Assembly (NCBI GenBank): GCA_001642005.1
Contig: LWCA01000113.1
Coordinates: forward strand, 1-53,167
Length of the DNA: 53,167 bases
Reading direction: 5' to 3'
Origin: Intoshia linei
Lineage: Eukaryota > Animalia > Orthonectida
Made by a program: the position numbers and the translations under genes. Within the stretch, counting starts at the first letter, position 1. Each line of letters opens with the position of its first letter. Below are positions 1-11,855 of the stretch, one piece after another. The notes below the pieces were generated by a model. The model had not been told where the DNA came from. It worked only from the letters and a program-made list of their open reading frames with translations, and did no database searches.

Positions 1-312
1 CTGATACGGATTTTAAAATCATAAATATTATCATAAATTTAAATTTAAAAAAAAATATATCTTCAGGGCCAAAAACCCAAATTACCCTTTTTTTTTTTAA
101 TGAAAACAGCCCTAGAATTTAAAAATATGTACAGGTGGTACAGTTGTATCCTTTTAACACACACAAAAAATTTCAATCTGAATAAGTGACGACTTCACAG
201 TCAAAAAAGCATTCTAGTATTCATATATTTTTTTTCTTGTGATATTTTATTAAAACAAAAAATGTGAAATCATTAACGGTCCGAAAATTAAAAAAAAATA
301 TTGTTCTAATAG
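1..312 (+). mobile_element. Internal fragment of the non-autonomous Helitron family
   Basis: The block CAGGTGGTACAGTTGTATCC..AACACACACAAAAAATTTCAATCTGAATAAGTGACGACTTCAC..CGGTCCGAAAATT recurs at ~7630-7790 and ~15510-15715, and reverse-complemented at ~2100-2216 and ~22790-22900. Confidence 0.8.
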
Positions 313-1385
313 TTAATAATAATAATAGATTAATAATTAATTATGTCACGACCACAAATATATTTATCTATTTATATATATATATAGTAAACTTATTATA
401 TATAGTAATAAATCTAATATATTTTCAATTTTATTTAGATTGTCATTATACATAATCCTTGCTTTAAAATTTAAAATCGTTTAAAATTTATTTTAGATGT
501 CTCAGCGCGCACAAGTGCGCTCTGGTGCACCTATTGAGCATCACTGTTAGATATTGGTTCTGTTAGATTCTAATCATAATTAATATTATATTAAGATATA
601 TTATATTAATTAAGATTAGTGTTTCTGAAGCAGGATGCCGCGGAGCAATTTGAATTAATAAATAATTACATATTAAATATACAATATCGTAATAATAATG
701 TATTGTTTATATGATATTAATATTAATATATTATGATATTAATGATGTGAATAATGTAAATGTAAATAATAAAGCTAATTATGTGATGAAATTAGAAATA
801 TGTGTTATATTAAATAACATCGTACATCTTTTAAATTGCCTTTTCGATTTAATTATATTATATATATTATATTATATTATTCTATTATATATTATATTCC
901 GGCTTGGTAAAATTGGAATGTATTACTTATACAACATTATTAAGCGCAAGAAAAAAATTATTTAGTATTTTTGTTTTTGAAATTACTGGGACTATCAGTT
1001 TTCTCAATAAATTGTTACACATTGATATATATTATACACAGTTATACACCCGAACATTGAAATATATTTTTATCAACTTACAATTTTTATATACATGAGG
1101 CAATTATTCTTCAAATCACATTTTAAATTATTTTGTGGATAATTATTGGTGGTCGATTCTTGGTATGATATTATTACTATTAATAACGTATAAATAATAA
1201 TTTTAAATGTGGTGAGCAGTTAAAAAAGATGAATGGTAATTAAACTTTTTTCTATAATATTTACATAACATTAATAATATAATTATTTGTTTCTCAATTA
1301 GTGAGCCGAGCCTGGGCTCACCCATACAATTTGACACGTTCCCAAATACGAAAAAATTAAAAAGGTGATATATGCATATAATTAA

Positions 1386-2216
1386 CTAGATTTACTGGTA
1401 TGTACTACGTACAAACAAACCTAGCTCTGCCGAGGTCACATTTTTATTCTACCAAAAAAATAAATTCAGGTTGAAAATTTAACTTAAAAATCCTACTATT
1501 CACTATTATCAATCCTTTAAAGGAGTGGTTCCCAAATTTGTTTCAGGTGGAACCATCATATCACATTACTATTTACTTTAAAGTGAATTATTCCATATTA
1601 ATTTTGTTTTGTTAGCATTTGCGTAAAGAATTTTAAAATCAATTTTATCCCATTATTTTTATTTATTAGACAGAATGTGTGTATAATATTAAAAATAAAG
1701 TAAAAACAGTCCAATTCTAAAAATTGTCATAAATAGCATTAATTCCAGAAAAATAAAATTGTTAATTTAAATTTTAAACAAAATGTTTTGAAAATGAGAA
1801 TTTGAGATTTAAAAATTGCGTAGCAATGAAAAAAATTCCGAAGGAATGAATTATATAGATTTTCACACATATGTTTTAATTGGAAATGTGTAGACGTTCA
1901 ATTCACACTTTTTTTAAAATTGTAACATCAATATTTACATTTTCAATTTTTATTTTAATTTAAATATTTGAAAAATATTGGTTGATAATATATTAAAAAT
2001 TCTTTTACACCGGGAAGGCGTAGATATCTGAGCTTAAAATTTTGTATTTATATCAACTGGAATAAGCTCTATAAAAATTATTTTTTTTTTTTAATTTTCG
2101 GACATTTAATTATATCTGATTATTTGTTTTAATAAAATATTTCGGAAAACAAATATAATGCTTTTTTACCGTGAAGGCGTCATTTATTCAGATTGAAATT
2201 TTTTGTGTGTGTTAAC
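1386..2216 (-). mobile_element. Helitron family copy, 3' part with intact terminus
   Basis: The minus strand ends ...CCTCGGCAGAGCTAGGTTTGTTTGTACGTAGTACATACCAGTAAATCTAG|T. This copy joins the family's internal block to its 3' block. Confidence 0.8.
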
Positions 2217-4450
2217 ATGTACGCAAATACTTTAAGATTAATTCCACATGCGCCGCAATTGTAAAAAGGTTTCAAAACCTTAAATAAACATACAAAAATC
2301 AAAGTCCAAAACAATTCGGTAATTTAAATAATTTACTTTTTACTGATGAAAAATTTCCCATTTAAAATAGAGCAGGTTGAACGACATACGGTTCGCCAGT
2401 CGCGAGTTGTTTGGACCTCGTCATAAATTTTTTTTATTTTAAAATTCTAACTTATAGACTTTAAATAGTCATTCTTTTATACATATATTATGTATTATCA
2501 GAATATTTAAGTTTATTGTAGGTAATCATTTGATCATCCGTAAAATTTAAAAAAAATTTATTAATTTAATGAATATACAAAAATAACATGTATTAAAACA
2601 CATACATTATTCATTTAGTTAGGATCTGTTAGCCATCAAATAAGTTAATAAGTTAAATAAGTTAATATAGTTTTGTCAAAATTAACAGACCAAGTCTTAA
2701 TTACTAGTTTTAATTTGGTTGGCATCAGTAAAATAAATTGCAATTTCTTTAACATAGTACTAAGTATTAACTAGTTTTCTAATTGACTATAAAAAAAAAT
2801 TAGGCCAGTTTAATGTTAGTACGAAATTTCTGGCAAATTGTCAAAAGTTCCGAATAAAGTGGGTATTATACGAAAATCATAATAAATAAGGTATCGAATA
2901 ACAGAATCGACTAATAGAGAGGTCCACTTGACTGATATAATTTTCGATTACAATTATTGGTAAAAACATCCAATACCTAATTAAAACTGCAGTAATATAT
3001 ATTTACGATGAAGATATAAATTTTTAATTAATTAATTAAATTTATAATTATGAATTATAGACAAACTTGTTTGTTACATTCGACATGATTACAAATCCCA
3101 AAAGTGACTTGTATACCATTTCGAATTGTCACGTCTGACAATCCCTGTAGTCCCAATAGTCATTGCTCACAATGGATATACCTATGATTGTAAAATAGAT
3201 AACGAAACCATTTTAAGTTTTAACCATTACATTGATAAAAAAAAGAAAAATCAATCGTTAATAAGGGTATCTTTTTATTCAGCTTAAATTTAATGAACCA
3301 CATTTAAAACATAGGTACACGACAACATTATTCAATTCAAAATATATTTTTAAAAAATTATTAAAATTTTTTAACATTTGATGTGACCGAAAAAAGTAAT
3401 GGGTTCGTGATTTTATAAAGTTAATAACAACTGTTTAGTTAATTCAATATTACAAAATTGAATAGATACTAAATACATGTATTTGAAAAAGTACAACACA
3501 GAATCAACCATCTATTTTAATCAATGACACAAGCTTTAATAAACATTAATTGAAATAAAATTGATTTTTTCTTGAAAATATCAGCCAATACTAATACTTA
3601 TTAATACCATTACCCAAGGACCTCCCTCTTTTTGATAACAAATAATGTAAAGTTGTGTATTAACTCGACTTTTCCTTTAAATCAATGTTTCTTAGCCTTT
3701 TTTACTACATTACCCATATTATCGTTCTTATTCATATTTGTACCCTGCGCCATCCTTTGAAAATGATCCAGGAAAATCTAATATTTAACTGTTTAAACTT
3801 TAAATATGCAAAATACGATAATAAGTTGTTATTATTATTATTAATGACTGAAGAATCCGTTAAAAAACTTTTCAAAGTATCTCGCGCCATCCACTTTGAC
3901 GAACACTAATACATAGAATAAAAGCTGTGATGCACCAATTTAATTATAATTAATTTAGACAATGGAAAAGTTATAATCGAAAAATACTACATAATCTATT
4001 ACTTGGAAATTGCTCTTGTATCACTAGTCACAATATGTTAAATGTTATTCGTGGTACTATATTTATGGACATATTTTGCTTCTCCCAATATGTCCACAAA
4101 ACAAAAAGGATTCATGGAATTTACATATAAATATATATGGAATGTTGAGTTTAATCACCAAATAGATATTTGGAAAAGTAACCTACTTATACTTTACTTG
4201 ATTAAGCCATTTCAATTTTTTTAAGATACATCAAAATTTAATACATTTTATGGGTGAAAAATTTAGTGAAAATGTATAATAAAATTTTTCGTTAAATGAT
4301 TTTTTACCAATAAAAGATAAAATAATATCGAATACAAACGAAAAATGATATTATTTTGTATCATTAACCATTTGGTTACAATTACAATTAAAAATTAAAA
4401 GGATAAACTTGATGCAAAAAATGTATAGAAAATTTAATTTAATATTCAAA

Positions 4451-7400
4451 TTATTTCTTCAAAAATGACTCAATTTCTTTAACAGTTCTAGGGAGTTTGA
4501 CTAAATCTTCTGCACCAGATTTTGTAATTAAAACATCATCTTCAATTCTAACCTATATAAAATAATAATTTAAAATTCTAAAAAGTAAAAATTACTCCAC
4601 CAACATGGACATATTCATCAATAACTTTTTTATTTAAAAATTTTTTGTATTTTAAATCTTTATAACCACTATCCAGTAACTAAACAATTATTAATTCATG
4701 AACCTACATTAGTAACTGAAATTTGTACAATGTACATTGTACAAATCAACAAATTTCACTATTTATAAATTACCGATTTAATAAAATAACATCCAGGCTC
4801 AATTGTCACAATCATATTTTCAGCCAAAATGCAATGTGTACGCAAAACTTCAAATTTTCCATCAGTCTAGAAATAGAATAATAAATATAAATAATATATT
4901 TGAATATATACAACACAGATGTTGTTAAATAGGTTCTCCAAAGTAAATTAATCACACAACAATAATAAACATTCCAAATAATTTTAATTTTAATTTAATT
5001 CAATTTGTCACTTTTTCAAGTTTTAGATAAATTATTTATTGACGAATGTAATACATTAATTAATTTAAAACCCTCACAAAACTTACTACTTAAAATCAAA
5101 ATACTATCATTTTTCATAGCGTTCAATATATTCATGTATATAAATTCTCAATTGAGTCATAAAAAAGTTTATAGTATTTTTATGGGTATAAAATAAAAAA
5201 TAAAATTTTAATTAACATTTAGGTAAATATAAATAATTTATTGTTAAATATATAAAAACCTTTACTTTTGGATTAACATCATGAACCTAAAATATATAAT
5301 AGTTATTACAAAATATTACATATATTACATCAAGTCCTAATTGATGGCCCAATCCATGGGGCATAAAGAGTTTAGCTACCCCTGATGCATATATTTCGTC
5401 AATGTCTCCAATTAAAAGATTTAATTTCAGTAATCCATCCGCAATCAATTTTAATGATTTGATATGTAAATCAACCCATTTTACTCCTAGAAATGTCAAT
5501 ACAAAATATAAAATTTAAAAATTTTTTAAAATATGATAATAAATAAAAAATGAATACCAATACGTCAATCACCGTATTATGTACAATGGGTCAATCCTTT
5601 GTGCAGCCATACTTTTTGATGGCGTTTTATGAAGAAAGGTATACAAAAGTTTAAAACTATTAATATCGTTTTTATGTACACTATATGCTAATTCGCCAAA
5701 ATAGTTTTTAGTACCAATTTTGGGGAATCAGATAGAGCAGCGCTTCCCAAACGCCGATCCGCGAACCAGCAAAGGCCGTGAAATAATTTTTACTTATTAA
5801 AAGTGAATTTATACAATTTTTAATCAAATTTTTTTATTAATGTTGCCTAGTAATTTCGCATTAATGGTTCGTTAATTTATTAGCGGTCCGATGTAAAAAA
5901 GTGTGAGAACCCCTGATATAGAGAATACTGTATTCTTAAATATTCATCAACATTTAAAATTGATCTAAAAGTTCTTTAAAATTCCAGTTGATGTAGACTA
6001 CATTACATGACTCTAAATTGTAGAGCAAAGGTTCCCAAGATATTTAATCTTGTTAACCTTTTTAATTAAAGGTTTCTTGTATATACATTTTAGCTAACGA
6101 GGGCGTCTATACTAACATGATAAATTTTGATGTTCCAAAAATGATCAGTATTTACAATAATAAGGTACAATAATTTACTAATTTTTATCATTTACCTACA
6201 TTTGCCATATTAAAAATTTTTCTATTGACAGATAAAACCAAATTATATATATCTACTTGTTGTAAGTCAAACTTTCCATTAACTGGAAAAGTAACAGTAA
6301 TATCAGCCGTGTATCCATAATATTCACCTCCACAATCCGCTAAACTGTTTAATTTATTAGTCTAAAATCATTACTATAATTAAACCAATTAGATAAGACT
6401 ACCCGACTCAGGATACACTGTAAATGGTAAATATTAAAATATCTCTAATCCCTTTACCAAACAAAAATATTTCAAAATAATGATATGTTAAATTTAAAAA
6501 TGTCAAGTAAATAGCTTTGGAGAGGTAGCTAGGACTATATGACACTACGCCTCGTTAGCGAATTTTTTTAGAGACCTAGTTTTATTTTATGTAGCCTTGA
6601 GCTAAATAGGTTAGACTCTAGTGATATGTTATCATTTCATAACAGTGGTAGTCTAAGATTCTAGGTAAAAAAAAAAACAAACCACAATTCCCCATTCTTC
6701 ATTTGTCTATCGTTGGGTGCCGCTGCGTGACCATAATGTAAAATGGCTGCATTTAGTCCACTACATTATTATACAATTTTTCAAACACTACAAATATAAA
6801 CCTGGCGACAATTGAGGTATAACCAACATGTCTCATAGATGAATTGTAGTACAAATCATTTAGGAATACACTAAAAAATATAATAAATTAAAACTTGGTT
6901 AAAATATGTATTATAATTATATATTATATAGTAACTATATAAATAGTGTTGTGCCAAGTTGGAACTGGTGCCACAGAAAATTAAAAAAATTAATGAAATT
7001 ATCGTTGTTGTATGGTCCCCATCGTATTCGGATATGTGTTATTTCAATTATAATAAGTTAATCAACATAATTTTTAAAATTAATTAGTATGCAATATAAC
7101 ATGAGATGGTACTGATTAGTCCCACACGGACCTGAAATAAAATATTGAAAAACATTAAGACATCATTTATAAATACCTTTCACATTGATACTCATATAGA
7201 CCAGGTTTAGCCGACCGCATAAGCTAAAATAAAAATCAAATCAAATATTAATTTTATTTTCCATCTATTTTTTAATTGTTTCTTAACCTTCCTTAGTATG
7301 GTATATTCCATAATTAATTTACCAAACAAAAGTAGAAAAGATATAAATACATCCTAACTTATATAATATACTATGCGATTTTTGTTTGTGTGTGTCTGTG

Positions 7401-8059
7401 TGTTACGCTGTATTTAAATAACTACCCGTCTGAGAATTTATAAAGTCCACATTACTATTTCTATTACAGTTTTTTCCCGGGTACCGCGCAAACATAATTT
7501 CAACCTCCCAATTTTAACATCTTACGGGTCAAAAACCCCAGTTGTCCTTCTTTTTGAAAAACAAACGAGTTGGAGAATTTAAAAAAATTATATCTTCAGG
7601 GCCAAACCCTATAATTTCAAAAAATTTACAGGTGCTACAGTTTTATCCTGTTAACACACATAAAAAATTTCAATCCGAATAAGTGACGACTTCACGGTAA
7701 AAAAAGCATTTAATTCATATATTTTTTTCTGATGATATTTTATTAAAACAAAAAATGTGAAATAATTAACGGTCCGAAAATTAAAAAAATAAAAGATTAT
7801 TCTGATTAGCTTATTCCATTGATATAAATACAAAATAATAACAATATAAGTCTGAAACATCTGATACATTTTACGAAATGATAAAATTACAGCTTTATGA
7901 GCATTACTGCTTTTTTCTACTACATATCGCAATACTTCGATCTCTTCTTTTGTTTTTATACAGCGCCTATATTTAATAAATTACTATAAATTGTAAAAAT
8001 TTAAATTTTACAAATCAGCCATATCTGCAATCAAAGATTCAGAATTGATATTAGAAATT
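4451..8059 (-). CDS. PEPD: Xaa-Pro dipeptidase (prolidase, M24B) catalytic domain; 11 exons, 5' exons not identified
   Basis: GT-AG exons 8012-8059, 7891-7966, 7177-7223, 6802-6870, 6683-6760, 6196-6344, 5329-5486, 5260-5286, 4774-4866, 4596-4679 and 4451-4552 splice in frame. They give [66 protein letters not shown] and [20 protein letters not shown], with the D,D,H,E,E metal ligands present. Confidence 0.93.
5738..5915. mobile_element. hAT (Charlie/Buster-type) MITE, 178 bp, in a prolidase intron
   Basis: Imperfect TIRs CAGCGCTTCCCAAAC / GTGTGAGAACCCCTG, flanked by an 8-bp TSD agatagag/atatagag (7/8 match, central TA). Confidence 0.8.
6491..6576 (+). repeat. Dispersed repeat, second copy at ~33650-33736
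   Basis: AATTTAAAA(A)TGTCAAGT...AGGT(A/G)GCT..G..CTATATGACACTACGC.TCG.T.G.GAA is shared between the two loci. Confidence 0.7.
7352..7837 (+). mobile_element. Helitron family copy, 5' half, in a prolidase intron
   Basis: Begins A|TCCTAACTTATATAATATACTATGCG followed by a TG-rich microsatellite, then the family's internal block. Confidence 0.8.
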
Positions 8060-8432
8060 CTAAAAGTATAAATATATTTACTAACAATAAAATTACACGA
8101 AATATAATTTATATACACAAGGTCAGGCAAAATGCTTATTAAAATAAAAATTACAATCAAAAAATAGACTTAAATATTAAATTTTGCCATATTTTTGAAT
8201 TTACTCAAAAAATACTTTTGAAACTAGTTCTAGAGTTTTCTTTAAAGAATAAAAATATATTTTGTAATCACGAGCATCAAATAATACGCGAAATTTTAAA
8301 TGCATTATTTTACTTTTATTACAGGCAGTGGCGCATCTAGGATTTTCAGCAAGGGGTGGCGAAATAATTATTAGGGGCCAAACGCATATAATGTATTTAA
8401 ATTGGAATTTTTATATCAGGTTTATTAATATA

Positions 8433-8683
8433 TCTTTACTTATATAATATGCTACGCAATATTTGTTTGTGTGTGTATTCCACTTTATTTCAATAACTAT
8501 AGTCTTTAAGTTTTATAAAGTCCACATATAAAGTTTGGGAACCACTTTTTTAAAGGATTGACAATAGTAAATAGTAGGATTTTTAAGTTAGAGTTTAACG
8601 TGAATTTATTTTTTTGGTATAATAAAAATGTGCCCTAGGCAGAGCTCGTGCTGTTTGTACGTAGTACATTACAGTCAACCTAG
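8433..8683 (+). mobile_element. Complete 251-bp mini-Helitron (internal-deletion derivative)
   Basis: A|TCTTTACTTATATAATATGCTACGC...CTGTTTGTACGTAGTACATTACAGTCAACCTAG|T. It has 5'-TC, a subterminal hairpin, 3'-CTAG, lies between A and T and has no TSD. Confidence 0.88.
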
Positions 8684-9559
8684 TAGTCATATAATACATC
8701 AATAAGCAAATATTGAATATAATTAATTAGTATTAAAATGTAACGTTACCATATTTCATTATTTTCTTTCGATACCACATTTTACAACAAATGAAAATAT
8801 ATGATTACATTTTATATTGTATTTATGTTATCGGGTATATTAAATCTTGAAGTGACAGATAATACATTATTAATAATATTGTTATAACAGAATTAGCTTG
8901 ATTTTATGTATTATGTACAAATATCTACATTATTTAACACTTACGAGATTATGCTGATTTTCAAAATTGAAAGCAAAAAATTTCACTTTTGAAATATTAA
9001 CCCTTACGAGACCATTGCATGTATAGATGACAAAAACTACACCCATAAATTTACATTGGTTTGTATTTTAATAAAATGCATAAATATAAATAGATTCGTC
9101 AAGAATTTTCTCATTGACTTTACTTAAAGACTCATGTAAATCAACTCGTCTTGCGTAAAGTAAATAACTATTAATCTATGACATGCTATTACATCACGTC
9201 TCATCTATTGTATTTTCAAATACAATATTTTTTTATTTAATTTTAAAGTTTATACGCGCTTCATTAAATTTGTAGGACCCTGAAGTTTGAATATGATCTA
9301 TACTGAATGGGGATTTGAGGATAAAAATCTGAAAAATAGTAATAAAAAAAATTAATCCAAAAATTTTATGTAAAATATTATGCAAATTGCAATATTAATA
9401 AAATTCACCTGAAATATGTTTATGAAGTGAAGATTCCGTTAATTATTGATGCATAATTGGTATTTTTAAGTATTTATTAAATTGGTACTGAATATATATC
9501 ATCACATTGAAAACGATAAAATATGTTTTTTATAATTTTATTTTTTCTGGAATATGCTA

Positions 9560-9959
9560 TATATGACAACTTTTAGGATTGAATTGTTTTTACTTTATTT
9601 TTAATATTATACACACATTCTGTCTAATAAATTAAAAAGTTTTAACTTTATTTTTAATATTATACACACATTCTGTCTAATAAATTAAAAAAATGAGATA
9701 CCAATTGTTTTTAAAATTCTTTACGCAAATGTTAAAAAACAAAAAATTAAGATGGAATAATTCACTTTAAAGTAAAAAGTAATGTGATATGGTTCCACCC
9801 GAAACAAATTTGGGAACCACTCCTTTAAATGATTGATAATAGTCCATAGTAGGATTTTTAAGTTGATTTTCAACGTGAATTTATTTTTTTGGTAGAATAA
9901 AAATGTGCCCTCGGCAGAGCTAGGTACTGTTTGTAGGTAGTACATAACAGTCAACCTAG
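9560..9959 (+). mobile_element. Helitron family 3' fragment with an internal ~52-bp tandem duplication
   Basis: Ends GTGCCCTCGGCAGAGCTAGGTACTGTTTGTAGGTAGTACATAACAGTCAACCTAG. ACTTTATTTTTAATATTATACACACATTCTGTCTAATAAATTAAAAA occurs twice (~9592 and ~9645). Confidence 0.8.
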
Positions 9960-11207
9960 CACATGTATAAAAATCAAGATAATTATACATTTGTATATAT
10001 TTTTTTATAAAATAATGTAACTTTTAGCTTCTAGTAGTAATTTTATATTATTAATATATAAACATTAAGGAAAATATATATATTACCACATGTTTCATAA
10101 TACCTATAGCAACTATATTGAAACTAATTATCGACCGGTACACTTAAAACTGAACTTATTACTTGTTATTTACTTATTAATTAAAATCAAACGTTTTTAA
10201 ACCAAATTTAAAATACCATACAACAATAACTATTTTTGTGTAAAGCAGCCTACGGGATATGATCAGTAGAGCATACCATAAATGCAACTTATATTTAAAT
10301 TTACTAAGTATTGATTTTACAGTTACAGTTAACTAATACTTTATTCAGTATTATTTTCAATTTTTATACTCTAAAATAAACTTAATTTCTCGATTAATAC
10401 ACTTTAACATTAAAATCCAAATTAATATTAATGTTTAAATTCAAAATTAATGTACATATATTATTGTTTGTCATTGCTTCAGCGTGGGTCGATTTATAAT
10501 GTAACGATAGTTCTAGAATGATAGATTTATCCTATCCTGTTGACTTAAACAAGTTTAAAAATTGAAAGTTAAAGTTTACAAGTTTATTTATTGTTTATCT
10601 ATATTTATTATATTATTTATGACAGTATATTATGTTAATAATAATTTGTTGTCAAACAAGTTAGTTTTTAGGTAATTTCGCCAAATTTTTTATATGCTAT
10701 AATATAGCAGCTAAAGTATAAATATTGAAATTAATTGTTGTTAAATTGCCAGAATTCGAGAAATTAAATCGTTAATAAAATCCAAAAAAATTAAGCTATA
10801 AACAAATTTAAAAGATAAACTGTATAACTAAATATGGAGAACAATATTATAAATTCGGTACCACATTTAAAAGCTCAAACGCCTATTTTCTTTAAAATAA
10901 AGTTCAGTTTTAATTTCTTAATATTTTTTAAAGTGATATTTAAAATAACAAACGAAACTCGAATAGATAGCGTTAAATGTTTTTGATTGCAAATTAGTTT
11001 ATCTATTTTAAAAATACATACTTTTAGTGCTAATGGCCCTGGTACACTGCACAACTGTTAAATGTACATAACTTTTAATTGTTTATTAGTTAATATTAAA
11101 TTAATCTAATTTGATATTTGTTGAAAATTTAAATAATTAATTAATAATTAAATAATTATTAAAAAGTTTGCAAATAAAACCATATGAAACGATAGACCCT
11201 TAACACT

Positions 11208-11578
11208 TAATATAGCAGATACACAGAAAATGAATGAGTAAAAAAAAATTAAAAATAAATTAATAAAGAGGAAAATTTATTTATAATAATAATTTATTAG
11301 AACAGGAACAACTGTGATGACAGTGAATATTGTAAAGCATTGAATTCTTTTTGCATTTTTACCTTATGTTAAAACATAAATTTTTATAATTGTATTTAAA
11401 AAATCCTTTGCCGATGTATTATTCCTCTTTTTTTTGATTACAATCAAAGAATCAAAGTAATTTATTTTTATTAGATTACTTATTGTTCTAATAAATAATT
11501 ATTTATACACTTGTCCTTTTTATAGATTTATCATTAATCTTTTTTTACTTATTCATTTTCTGTGTATATTTTATATTA
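11208..11578. mobile_element. Foldback/MITE-like element with ~100-bp imperfect terminal inverted repeats
   Basis: 11208-11305 (ATACACAGAAAATGAATGAGTAAAAAAAA...TTTATTAGAACA) is approximately the reverse complement of 11482-11578. Confidence 0.65.
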
Positions 11579-11664
11579 TATATTGATTTATATCTAATCT
11601 ACGCTTTATTCTTTGTAATTGTTTTAATTCAAAATTTTTTCCATAAAAATATCAATTCATCATA

Positions 11665-11855
11665 AGGATAACAATTGTTTTTAAAATTTTTTACGCAAAT
11701 GTTAACAAACAAAAAATTAAGATGGAATAAAATTCACTTTAAAATAAAAAAGTAATGTGATATGATGGTTTCACCGGAAATAAGTTTGGGAACCACTCCT
11801 TTAAAGGATTGATAATAGTGAATAGTAGGATTTTTAGGTTAAATTTTCAAAGTGA
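11665..11855 (+). mobile_element. Helitron family subterminal fragment
   Basis: Matches 9700-9880, including TTTGGGAACCACTCCTTTAAAGGATTGATAATAGTGAATAGTAGGATTTTTA. Confidence 0.75.

Noticed and set aside
264-1098. Short I/Y/N/L-rich ORFs in the track, and similar ones throughout
   Set aside because: AT-rich compositional artefacts, often with non-ATG starts and overlapping TEs
7729-7765. Hammerhead-like CTGATGA...GAAA within the Helitron
   Set aside because: No G-C closing pair for stem II, and CTGATGA is not conserved in other copies
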